DNA of 64,000 nucleotides from Cirrosporium novae-zelandiae (Eukaryota). A model generated the notes under the pieces. The model saw nothing but the letters and a program-made list of their open reading frames with translations, was not told the origin of the DNA and ran no database searches. Shown in pieces: positions 52,701 through 64,000 of this stretch. The stretch is taken from NCBI GenBank assembly GCA_026023565.1, contig JAPETS010000010.1, positions 682,001 through 746,000 of the forward strand, in the 5' to 3' direction. The translations under genes and the position numbers were made by a program. The stretch's first letter is position 1, and each line of letters begins with the position of its first letter.

Positions 52701-52775
52701 GGTGCATGCAATGCCTCTGATCTGACAGAATGGGTCGAGAAGATCCGCTCGATTCATGACCCAAACAAATTCTAA
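46735..52775 (+). CDS. Fungal NLR: helical (HeLo-like/SesA-like) N-terminus, NACHT, ~30 ankyrin repeats, ZZ-type zinc finger; in-frame premature TAG at 51930-51932
   Basis: Three 5' introns (~47103-47194, ~47404-47474, ~47502-47565) give a continuous frame into GTLEWI. Walker A GKAGSGKS, Walker B IDGIDQC, KLLVTSRP, AEGSFLWA, LPLGLSALY, FLEYATLYWPKH, ANK array. ORF 51966..52775 is in the same frame and ends in CDMC..RYVCTTC..DLCDTC..H. Confidence 0.9.
50340..51960 (+). repeat. Highly internally conserved ~99-bp ankyrin tandem repeat array (~16-17 units)
   Basis: Near-identical units GATATTGAAACTGCTAATATTGATGGATGGACTCCGCTGAATTCAGCAGCT...GGTTATTTGGAAGTGGTCCGATTGCTGTTGGATAAAGGCGCA. Confidence 0.95.
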
Positions 52776-53712
52776 ATGCACCATTGATTAGCAAGGAATA
52801 CAGAACTCTACCTCACTTTGCCTCCTTCCGCTCGCCATCAACGGGATCACGCTTATTGAAGAAAAAAGACGATTGTCCCCAATTGATTACCCTGCTCTCT
52901 GTGGCTTTGAGCACTGGATCTCATCGACGCTCTGTTGTCAAAATCCTAGTTTTGTGGCCTATCTAACCTTGGAGATTTAGTTGAGATTCGGTCATTTTCC
53001 ATGCTAGGTATAAGAATGGCGCTGCTGTTGTTATGGCGGATTGTCTTGAGCAGAATCAGAGCCCCCTGCCTGACGCCAACCTTTGAAAAGCAGCCAGCGA
53101 CGACCCTCTCTTTATGAAATTGTGAAAATGTAGTCAATGGAACACTGTGTTTGATAGGTGTGAAATGGTAGCCTCGTTCACCAAAACAAAGGGATCGGAT
53201 TTCTTGAGTAGAAGCTGTCTGGATGTATGTAACGCAACTGACCTAGAGTTGGCCAATGATTAGGAGTTGGTTATTTCACCAAAACTTGGTCCTTGGCGTT
53301 GCAGACCCACGTTCAGACCAAGCAAAAAATCAAGCAGAAATCAAGACGTAAGCCATAGAAGTCTAAGCATAAAACCAAGGGAAAGCAAACAAGCAAGCAA
53401 GCAAGCAACGAAAGAGGATAAATGCAAGCAGAGGGGTGTTATAAAAGTGTAGTTACCTACCTATTTAGTTCCTGGATCTGTAGCCAAGATATTTGGCTGT
53501 ACTCAAGGGGCGTGTTTGATGCCTAAGGCTATCGTACCGTACCATCTAATGTGTGCATGAACCATAGGTAAAGAAGAGAGTCGAACTGCTAGCTATAGCT
53601 TCAAACAGATATTCAAAAGGAATGATGACGGACTCTTTTACATACATATCTAGCTAGGTACCTAGGTACAGTATCTAAACATCTTCGGCGTCCGCCCCCC
53701 TCGGAATTGGGG

Positions 53713-53805
53713 TTTGTTTTGTTTTGTTTTGTTTTGTTTTGTTTTGTTTTGTTTTTGTTTTGTTTTTGTTTTGTTTTTGTTTTGTTTTTGTTTTGTTTTT
53801 GTTTT
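53713..53805. repeat. (GTTTT)n/(GTTTTT)n microsatellite
   Basis: ~90 bp tandem run. Confidence 0.95.
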
Positions 53806-55551
53806 ACCCGCTCCGCTCCGCTCCGTTCTAACCTAACCCAACCTAGGTATACTTTTCAAATTTTAGTTTGTTACGGGAGATAAGAGAATAAGACTGAGCT
53901 GAGCTGAGCTGCGCTCTCTTGCACACACCTTGGTTTAGATTCGTCTGTTGAGTTACGCACTGCACCATTTTCAGCATAACATGCAATACTAGGTTACTCA
54001 GTAACCTAGTCACCTTTTGATAACTCAACATCTTCGACCTTCCTTACCTTAAGTCATTCATCATTGAATATTCACGCACCCAAGTTAATTACTTAGGTAT
54101 ATATACCGAGACTTGAGCTTGGTAGGTATATTTGAACCATACATACACATATATATCCTAAACGTTCTTGTTGTCATTGTTGTTAGAACAAATGCTTCAT
54201 CCATCCTATCCCTACCCCACCCCCATCATCACATTCCAAGATATATATAAAAACCCATCCAAAGACCCATACCCCCCAAAAAAACACCCATCAATTCAAA
54301 AAAAAGGCTTGATCCACTTAAAGGACTATATACTATACTATGGCCTTTCTAGAGGCAGTCACGTTTCTCAGAGCTTCATGTTTTTTTTTGGAGAGAGAGA
54401 GGTTGTTATTATTTAACTTTTGGTGGTCTTTTCTTATATCTATATATCTACATTGTTGGAGGAGTGGGGTGCGCAATCAATATTCCCCGTGTCAGTTCCC
54501 TCTCTCATTCTATCTTCTATATCTTCTTCTATACATTCTATACGTTCCCGGGGGATCAATCCTATTTTAGTACACTTCAAATACTATGAAGAAGAAGAGG
54601 AGGGACTGAATGAATGAATGGGTGAAATTTCGGACTACATATATAAGGGAGGCAGGCGATAGACAAGATGAATAGGTAGGAGATAGGGAAATATTTGATT
54701 TCATTGTAGTGAAGCTATTTTTTTCTTGGCTAGCTATGACTATACATGCATGCTAGTGGTATTCCAGAGACGATTAAGTTGGGGGATGTGTGGGAGATGG
54801 CCTGTGAGGAATTTTTGGAGTTGGTATCTTGACGGGTACTGTACTTTTGGGAGATAATATGGTATAGTATAAATATACATTGCAGAGAACTAATCAGATC
54901 ATATTGAATCATCCTAAGATCTACTTCAAACAATTAAAGCCAATGCCCACCTACGAGCGAGCGAAGCGTGCCTTTCTCCCTATTTCTTTATAAAGGAAAT
55001 AAATGTCTGCAGAGTCTATCTAACCGTATCACCTTGGAAAAGTGAGGGTACCGCTAGCGAAAAAAGACTGCTATATTTTGTCTAGGCATTCTCAAATGAT
55101 CAATGTACTGTAGGTAATGACGAAGTAATTGACAGTAAGGAATTGATGCCAGCCGAGAGGTCATGAGTGGATGGTTAGTGATTCTAGAAATCGATGTTTA
55201 TTCAAGCAATCTTGTACTAATAGTCTTGGACATTGTGAGGCATGAGAGTAGAAGCTAGAGCTCGACTGAAAGCAGGCAGTTCTGCTACCCTCATTTTATA
55301 TGAAAAGGTCTCAAGCAGGTATACTGAGATGTATGTTTGAAGATTGAAGAAAGTAGTGCAAACATGGAAGCATGGCCATAGTTGTGATGTACTTGATGAT
55401 CAGAAATTTTCCAACGTCAGAATTTAAGGAAATGTGGGATTCTCTCAACCCCAAAAGGGATTAGCCTCAAATACCTTCCGCCAAGTCCATCAGAATATTA
55501 TTTCATGTCTGTGAAGCACTTATCTACTCATAAAATCGCCGCTCAATCACC

Positions 55552-56741
55552 ATGGCTGCTGGTTCAACCGGCACTCGACATGCGGCTTTGCTGATTCGTA
55601 TATATTATCCAATTCCTCCTCTCTTCAATTCCGTCGCTAATGGTTGAAAACCATAGGAGCCTCTTCCCTCGAATCTAGCATTTGTACAAGCTGCCGAAGA
55701 TCCCTTCTCCACAAGAGGCACTATGCTGCTGCCGCTGCGGCCGCTGTCGCTCAATCAAACTCCTCCGAAACAGTCACCACTCCTCCCTCCGTGACAGCAG
55801 AATCCGCCCAAGGCTCGTACCGCATCCAAGCCGGACTGGTACTTTCCCGTCCTCCCCAGTTAACCCGGGACCTTACACCCTTTGAAAAAGCATTCTTTCT
55901 CTACCAAAAGCGACTTAATGAACGACTTGTCCTACCATTTACACGATACTTCTACATCTCCCCCAAAACCCCCGCAGATTTCGAGTGGAAACGAAAAATC
56001 AGAGAGAGGCAAACCCCGGCGCGGGATATAGGCGTTTACAATGCTTACGGTAAAGAAGGATGGAATGATGAGGTGCTGGTAGGAGCAAAGGAAAGTGAGC
56101 CGGAGTACACATTGGAAGCTCTGCTGAAAGATGCCGAGAAACCCAAAGGATCGGAGGAGGTGGCGGAAGCTACGAGCGAAAAAGATATAGTAGAAAGACC
56201 ATTACCGAGGGTCACGGAGGCCGATAAGAAGGGTGATACCAAAAGCTTGAACAGAGCACTTCAAAGGACGTTGTACCTGTTGGTGAAGGAGAAGAGTGGG
56301 ATATGGAAGTTCCCGACTGCAGGTTTGGAGGGGAAGGAGAATTTGCATGAGGTGAGTAAGCCTAAATCTGATGCATTGCTGCCTTTCTCGTTATCCATAA
56401 TAACCAATCATTTATACTGACAACTCTCTTTTTTTCAGGCTGCTGCCCGCCTCATAACGCAAACAGGTGGCCCGAACATGAACACCTGGGTTGTTGGCCA
56501 CGTTCCAATTGGCCATCTGGTTTACCGTTATCCGTCACTTCTCCATGATTCCGCTCAAAATGTCGATCTTGCAGGCGAAAAAACCTTTTTCATGAAGGCT
56601 CGTATCATGGCCGGAAAGCCTGATCTTTCGGCGAACACTCTTGGATTGCAAGATTATCAATGGCTGGCCAAGGATGAAATCCAAAATGTTGTCAAGGCCG
56701 GCATCTGGGCGAGTATAAGGCACATGCTTGCAGACCGATAA
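55552..56741 (+). CDS. MRPL17: Mitochondrial large ribosomal subunit protein mL46 (MrpL17)
   Basis: LSRPPQLTRDLTPFEKAFFLYQKRL, PRVTEADKKGDTKSLNRALQRTLYLLVK, MNTWVVGHVP, KTFFMKARIMAG; introns 55598..55656 and 56352..56438. Confidence 0.92.
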
Positions 56742-57021
56742 ACAGGCATATTTTTAATGAGGAAAAGGAATGGATTTGAAGATTTCATCCATATTTGTAT
56801 TCTGTATCCGATGATGCTGTCCAGGCTAGAAATAGGCAGTTGTAGCATAGTAACCATATCATATTATATCATAGCAAGCCCGCATGGCCTATTGATCCCA
56901 TTCTTAACATGCACGCACTTATAGGTATCTCAACGTCCAATAACTCCCGCTCCCCATGACGCCAGTCAGTATTCCCAGTCATTCCCAGTGATTAATCCCA
57001 TGCTCGATCAATTTCGTTCAT

Positions 57022-57684
57022 CTACTTGGACGAGAACTTTTGTCCCTGTACAACAACAGGCAGGCCACCCCCCTTGGATTTATCTCCCCCGGTCTGCTGA
57101 CTTTTACCACACATGGCGCATACTTTTTGGATTGATGGGGTCAGTTCAGTTCAGTTCAGTCTAGTCATCAATCAAGAGGCGCAGAGAGAGAGAGAAAGCT
57201 CACGATTGCTTCGATAAGCACATCTCTGACAATATTTATATCCTCGATCAGTTTTGGTTTTACAGGTATCGCAAGAATTGGAATATGCGGCATAAGGGTT
57301 TCTGGCATTCTTGCTAAGAAGTTTGCTCTAATTTTTTTTTAACATATGTTAGTAAAATAATAATAATAATATTATTATTATTATATGTGGAGGCGGAGGT
57401 GGAGGGCGGCGGGGGGGATTGATTGATTGCAACCACAAGAAAGAAAGAAAGCTGGATTTGGATTGGGGGGGGGGGGGATGATCGTATGAGTGATGGGTAG
57501 GAGGCTGTAAAAAACTTGCCTTGATAACGCCGGTTTGACCAAGGGTTGCAGAGGCCTTTGATGATGTTTTGTTGGCAGAGGCAGAGGAGGAAGAGGATCC
57601 ATAATACATATCATTTTTACGTTTGACGCCTGGGGTGGCAAGTTCGGTTTTTTTGAGAAGTCGTTGACATTTTGTGCAAACCAT
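57022..57684 (-). CDS. CRIPT: Cysteine-rich PDZ-binding protein (CRIPT) homolog
   Basis: MVCTKCQ...SKLLSKNARNPYA..CDTCK..YCQRCAY..CAMCGK..GQKFSSK*; first intron 57519..57328 is GC-AG. Confidence 0.88.
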
Positions 57685-58160
57685 TTTTTATTGATTGATT
57701 GATTGAATGCTTGATTGTTGGTTGGAGGGGGGGGAATGGAGGCGAAAAGGTGGGCGATACTTAAGAAATGGGAAATGTTTTTCTAAGGTAAGGAAGGTGG
57801 TGAGTGGTTAGGAACGGTTAGGGAGATACTCGAGTTAGTTGGAGTGGTGGAGTAGCGTAAGGGGTTTTTTTTTTTTTTTGGTCCTTGAAGATAATAAGGT
57901 GGCTATTCATTCCCCTGTCGATAGAAGCTGAAAATGACGGAAGATAGATGGATGATGATGATGGGATAGTTTTTTTTCCTTTGATGCGGAGAACGAGAAG
58001 GGAAAGACGCAAAAATACCCAACAATTTCAATACAAGCAAGGCACGAGTTCCAATAATAATAATAATAATAATAATAACCTCTTAGACTAGGGCACGATA
58101 ACAAGGAAGATAGACTATGTAATTAATTAATTATGAAAAAAGCTTTGAAGGAACCGATGC

Positions 58161-58192
<32 letters not shown>

Positions 58193-58563
58193 GTACAATA
58201 CTTTGTAGGATGTAGGATGGCTTGTAGTGTCGGGTAGTTAGTGGTGAGTTTTTTTCAATGTACTTGAACATTAGCTACTGTACTCTAGAGAATAGCTTGG
58301 AGTTATTTAGGGTACTACAGTACTTGAAAAGTATACAGTTAAATACCCGACACTTGCGGCCTAAATTTAACTGAAGGCCCTCTTAAGGTCATATTTATTT
58401 CAAGTTCTATCTTTGGTGTCTCTGGTCGCTTTCCTAATTAAATCCCCGCATATCTATCTATGGGAGGGATCATGACGCAACATTGGCTCCAGCGGATACA
58501 AGTAAACCCAGACGAACAAGCCCAACTCTCTCTCTTTAGATCAATGAACAGAGAATGATCCAT

Positions 58564-59846
58564 CTAGCTAATCGCCCATTTTAACCTAACCATGCGGCCT
58601 AAGTCTGAAGATCCATCTGCGCTAATAACAACCCCGTCTCCTCCAAGTAGAGCTTCGACAACTTGGTTCATGTAGGAACGGGCATTACTTAATTTAAGAA
58701 TTGTTACACAAGCACGATGAAATGCTAGGATTCTTGGAGAAGGCGGATCAATAGGGTGTTGTTTGGCAGTTAAATAAAGTGTCCGAGTAATCGGGAAAAT
58801 TGGATCACGGAGGGTCTTGAAATGGTGAGCTGAATCGATTCTATAAGTATGAGGTTGATTGTTGATAGGATCGAAATAGATCGAAAAATTATCGAACTGG
58901 CGACGAAACTCGCGTGTTAAAGTGATGGCATTTCGTGGTTGATCAATCTCGGGTCCATTGATTAGTTGTATTAAGTTGGGATCGAACATATTTAGGATTT
59001 CTAATGCCGTTTTTCTAGAGTCATTCTAAAAATTCAGTTAGTGCATGGGCTGCTGGCCGCCGATGTACTGAGCACATACTAATTTTGATTCTCCATGAAT
59101 TATTGAAAACGACATTAGGGAGTGTGGAATAATCTGGGCAACTTCTAAGAAACTTAGTGCTAGGTCTTCATCCTTTAGCAGTAGACCATCATCGTTATAA
59201 GCATTGTTTTCACCATGTTTTTTAAACCTCTTCCTACCTTCCCTGTAATCAAACTTTCGAGATATCACACAGCGGTGACGATCACGTATAAGACATTGCG
59301 CCCTAAGGGTAGCGAGCCTTTCAGTAGAACTAGTAGAACCAGTGGAACCAGTTTGTTCATTGCATTGAAAAGTTGGAGACGACAAAGAAGCAGAGGAAGG
59401 CTGAGGTGTCTGTCGAGTTAACGCTCTTACTTTAATACTTATATTAGTAGTTGGAGGATAGTAGAGGTGCAAAGGGTCTTACATAAAAGAAAAAAATTAT
59501 CAAATAAATAATCTCCAAATGTAGATAAGTGTGTTTCAACCTCAACTTTTTGTGATATTGTCATAGAATTGATACCAGCAATGTAGATCAAACCGTGAGA
59601 AAAATCCTTTGAGTGTATCTCATATGCGATATATTGAAAGAAGAGTTTTAAAAAATTATCTTTCAAATAAATATGTTCATATGTGGCACGTATCAGAGTG
59701 ATTCGTTTGTAAGGGGCGCTCGCCTGAAGCGGTTCACAATAGTTAATTATTTGGTCAAAAACATGACTAGGATTATATCCTTGGACTTCATCCAAAGGTT
59801 CAGTTGAAGTGAAGTCAATAACCCCTTCGAGCGATGACTGATCCAT
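58564..59846 (-). CDS. HNH_2 (fungal HNH endonuclease-like) domain protein with degenerate catalytic residues
   Basis: MDQSSLEGVIDF start; LRAQCLIRDRHRCVISRKFD, LEVAQIIPHSL, NGPEIDQPRNAITLT, DPPSPRILAFHRAC; two introns. Confidence 0.8.
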
Positions 59847-61458
59847 TATTGAATATAAGTAGATGATACAAGTGTGGAGTAGACACAAAAAGTGAGGAAG
59901 GTTGATGTTATAGCGTGCTGATCTTCATTGATGTAAAAAGGATGCAGATTGATAGAGGAAGAAGTACTAGTTATATATTCCCAAAAAACCTCTGTGCTTA
60001 AAATTAATTCTAATATGACAATTACAATTAACAAGAGAGACAACAACACAACCATTCTAATTTATACTTTGCTCAACAATGATTTTTCGGAGGCCGAAGG
60101 TGAGTTGTAACGTAACCGTCCGAGTTTTGTGTGAAAGCCTCCCCGAGGAAAAAAGAAAAAGATTTATAAGTCTCGCTTATTTTAGGACCGGCGTGAGTAT
60201 GCACGAAAAGTAGGAAAAGTTGATGTTATTGGTAAATTCTGACTACTGGAATAGATAACACATGTCCAAATAACCAAAAAAGCAAAACATAAGTTCTCAA
60301 TGGGCTTCCTACCTTAGCTTTAGACATCAACCAATACAACCCACACCAAGTTACAGTACACTTATTCTAGGCGACGTAACAGGTCTATCACAGTATCCAG
60401 GAAAAAATGACATATATCATCATCCTTTATCAATTCTAGGAATATCCTAGGATGACGGAACGAGGCATTACTTCCTATACGCACATTTATCTAAAAAATC
60501 AATTTCTACGTCGGAACATATCCAATGTTGTTGTTCCAATACTAGAGAGAGATGTGGCAAGGGGAGTTCAGCTGCGATAACCTTGCCACCCTCGGCGAGA
60601 ACGAAACAATGAACTAAACAACACCATCAGCAGCACCACCAGCATCACCAGCAATGATCTTTTGAGCCAGCTCACGCCTAGACGCCTATTTCGTCCAGCT
60701 CTTTGCCGCATGCATTCTCTTCATGTATTAATCTATTAATCTATTTAAATCTCCCTCATCGTGGAACAGGTTTTTCCTTGAGTAGCAATGTTTTTCCAAT
60801 GCTGGCATTTCCATTTATATTATTTCCCCTGTTCCTACTTCCACGTACCTTAAATTAGGGCTGGCAAATCTTTTCTGGAAGTCTTGAAATACTTTTCTCA
60901 TAAGCTTATTTTCCATCACCTTTTTTGTTGTCATTTGCGAGACCTCCTTCTCGCTCCCTTCAAACTTTCATTTGGCGCCCTTTCGTTGAAGCTTGGTCGT
61001 CGGCCGTCCTAAAGCAAAACCATCAAAAAATAAAAATAAAAAGGCTTGAAAAAGTCAGCACTAGGTCCCTTTTAGGCAGTCGCTCGGATTATTTATCCTT
61101 CCCATGTATGGTTAAATTGATCTCTTTATATTCCAACTCCGTCCTTCGTGTCACCCTGCTGTCGTGTTCCGGGCACGCGTAATATACGTGTGCATCATTA
61201 TCAAACTATAGCTTATATCTCACGATGCTGCGCATCGGTCATTTAACCACTAACGAAACGGCGCGTCATCATCGCAGATCCCGTATTCTCTAATTATCCA
61301 AACGCCATTGCGGAACCTATAACTCGGCGCATATCTTTCGACTTTAGAACCCCTCAGTATTTTCCCCGGGGTCAACACTCTCTCTCCTCTCCTCTCCTCT
61401 CCTCTCCCCTCCTAGCAAGCAACCAATCAACCCCAAAGGAAATTTGTGCACCACCATC

Positions 61459-62379
61459 ATGTCCCCAGACGGCTCCTCATTCACCCCTCTAAATCTTCCG
61501 CGTGACCACCCAATTCCGCACAACACATCCTACCTAACCCTCCACGCCCCACCAAACACCGATCTCCACCGGAAGCCGCCGTCGCAAGAAACATCCACCG
61601 CACCGGTCCTCTACACAACATTACTGCACCCCTTCATAACGGCAAACGTGACCCTCACCCTCGACTATGAGCTGGAATGGGACCAAGGCGGTCTCGTAAT
61701 CTTTGCGGGCTCGCCCCCCTCCCCACCTGCCTCAACCCCCACCCCCACAATCCCAAACACAAACCCAAATGCCCCCCCACCTTACACCCTCCCCCAACCA
61801 CACCCCTCCGCCTGGGTAAAGGCCTCTCTAGAATACACCTGTGGCCTCCCCCACGTAACCTCAGTGTCCACCACAACAATCGGCTCCGACATCTCTCTCT
61901 CCCCGCTACCCCCACACACGCGGTCCCTCCGCCTAAAGCTAGAGCGCATCGGTTTCGCCCTCTGGATCTGGTATTCCTTACCCCCACCAAACCAACGGCC
62001 TCCCCCCCCCCCACCACCACCCCCATACTCACCATACTCACCACACTCAGAACCCAACAACATCGAAATGAGCGACGGGGGAGGGGTAGGGGTAGAGGGC
62101 CGCTCTCAACAACGGCGGCGACAACGACGAAACCAAAATCGAAATCATGAGTATGAGTACGACCCCCCTACCACGTGGAAAAAACTCCGAGAAGTAACTT
62201 GGTTTTTTTGGGGTGTTGAGGATAAGAGTGTGAGAGTTGGAGTGTATGCAGCTAGACCGGCTTGTTTTGGGATTAGTGAGTTTGATCGGAGGGAGGGGGG
62301 CCAAAGTGGGGGTGGAAGTGGGAGTGGGAGTGGGAGAGGGGGGTTGTTGGTTGAGTTTGAGGGGTTGGAGATTTGTTAG
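61459..62379 (+). CDS. DUF1349-type (concanavalin-like beta-sandwich) protein with Pro-rich insertions
   Basis: APPNTDL.RKPP, EWDQGGLVIF, WVKASLE, WKKLREVTWFFWG..VRVGVYAARP, VEFEGLEI. Confidence 0.75.
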   Translation: MSPDGSSFTPLNLPRDHPIPHNTSYLTLHAPPNTDLHRKPPSQETSTAPVLYTTLLHPFITANVTLTLDYELEWDQGGLVIFAGSPPSPPASTPTPTIPNTNPNAPPPYTLPQPHPSAWVKASLEYTCGLPHVTSVSTTTIGSDISLSPLPPHTRSLRLKLERIGFALWIWYSLPPPNQRPPPPPPPPPYSPYSPHSEPNNIEMSDGGGVGVEGRSQQRRRQRRNQNRNHEYEYDPPTTWKKLREVTWFFWGVEDKSVRVGVYAARPACFGISEFDRREGGQSGGGSGSGSGRGGLLVEFEGLEIC

Positions 62380-64000
62380 AGTGGTTTAGTTTTTGGGAGG
62401 TGGCGAATGGGGGTGGGGTGGTTTTTTTTGGGGGGTGCGTATTGGATGGGTTGGATAGGTCGAAGGATTGGCCGGTGGGAGGAATGGAAATGGAAGGGAA
62501 TGGATTAGAAAAGACAGGAATCGGATAAACTATCGATATCGATATCGACATTCCCTTCTGGGGTCATTGGGATCACATCAGGTTAAACCAAGTTAACCCC
62601 AAATCCAGATCCAAGAAGAAAGGGAGAGGGGGAAAATCCGCAGCCGAGATAGGGAACGAGTATAAGAACGAAGACGAAGATAATAGAGGGTATTTTTTAT
62701 TCTACATCTTATATCCCATATCCCATATCCCATATCCAACTATTATCATTATCATTATTATTCCTGACTCCCAACTCCTAATCCCATTCTAGTTCTAGTT
62801 CTAAGGTCATGTTAATGTTAATGTTAATGTTATATCAAGCCCCCATCTAAAGAAGAAGAAAAAAAAGGAGGAAAAGTCTAGGACCGAGACATGGGGATGA
62901 TGAGATGGGGATGAGATGGAGAACGGTGTGTGTGGGGGGCCGGGGGGGGGGGGTATTTTATTCAATTCTATATCCCCACATATCATGTCCCATATCCCAC
63001 ATATCCCATATCTTTTTTTTTTTTTTCCCCCCACCAAGAACGAGGACGAGGCACGGTGATGGTGTGTGAAAGTATTTTATTTCTATATTTATTATCCCCT
63101 TTTTTTTACAATTTTACAATTTCCTCCTCCTTATCCCTTTCCCGACCCCCCCCCCCTCTCACCCTCTTCTAGAGGGGGGAAAGGGAAAAGGAATGAATGG
63201 ATAACAAAATAACAAAATAACAAAATAACCCATCACAACAATATCAACAAAGGTTAATAAAAAATCCTATAGATATTCCCAATACTGACGACACTAGCAT
63301 TGACACTGGCATTATCAATTATCCACAACATGGCCCCCCTTCATTTTTATACATTCTTTGCGTTCAAGGAAAGGAAAAAGGAAAAAGGAAAAAGAAAAGA
63401 AGGTGGTTGGTGAAAGATTAGACTAGGAGTCTTTTTATCAGAGGAAAATAGAAGGGAAATGCTTAGACTAACTTACTTGTTCTTACCTTTTTTCTTCTTC
63501 TTACTCTTCTTGCTTGTAATATATATATATATCCCCGTGCTAACCAAAACCAAAACCAATCCAAGCCCACCTACCTACCTACTTCTTTTTCATTTCAAAT
63601 CAATTAATTAATTTTTTTTTTTCTCTTAACTTCTTACATCTTCTTGATTTCTTAACTTTCACCTTCTTAGTCCTTCTTCTTCTCCTACTTCTTCTTCTTC
63701 TTTCTTTTTTATATGTGAAGTTGGGATTTGAAGGCCGGGTGGAATATAGAATAGCAATGATAGAATATATATATGTATGTGAATATTTAAGCAATCGACA
63801 AGAGAGAAGAGAAAAAAAAAAGGGGGATGGGTCTAGTTGATTGATTAATTAAGTAAGAGTATCTTAGGTAGGTGTCTATTCAGAGAAGAAAAAGACGTAG
63901 AAAACTAAAATTTTTTATTTGTAATTAAAACTGATGGACAAGAGTCTAATGAAAGAAGGGCCGGCCATATGCTACATGTATATCAATCGATCCAGCGATC

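Overview
Intron-containing, microsatellite-rich genomic DNA from a filamentous ascomycete (Pezizomycotina; I cannot identify the species). About 20 protein-coding genes can be assembled by joining ORF fragments at visible splice sites. Most are housekeeping or cell-surface genes: a CAF1/PARN ribonuclease, Pex26, an epoxide hydrolase, pinin, RDS3/PHF5A, twinfilin, a DUF3433-type membrane protein, a GH45/endoglucanase V-like secreted protein, an Ifh1/Crf1-like factor, a MAD1-like CFEM/GPI adhesin, a C2H2 protein, mitoribosomal mL46, CRIPT, an HNH_2 protein and a DUF1349-type protein. The standout is a ~12 kb three-gene island at 41.0-52.8 kb that looks like a fungal innate-immunity or regulated-cell-death module. 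It contains (i) an ankyrin + unknown domain + subtilisin (S8) protease, (ii) an intronless 292-aa beta-rich protein with an amphipathic beta-hairpin (candidate non-gasdermin beta-pore-forming effector), and (iii) a divergently transcribed NLR (helical N-terminus, NACHT, ~30 ANK repeats, ZZ finger). The NLR's near-identical ANK repeats carry RIP-like C>T/G>A changes, including a CAG>TAG stop that cuts off the ZZ domain. All family assignments come from motif recognition, not database searches.
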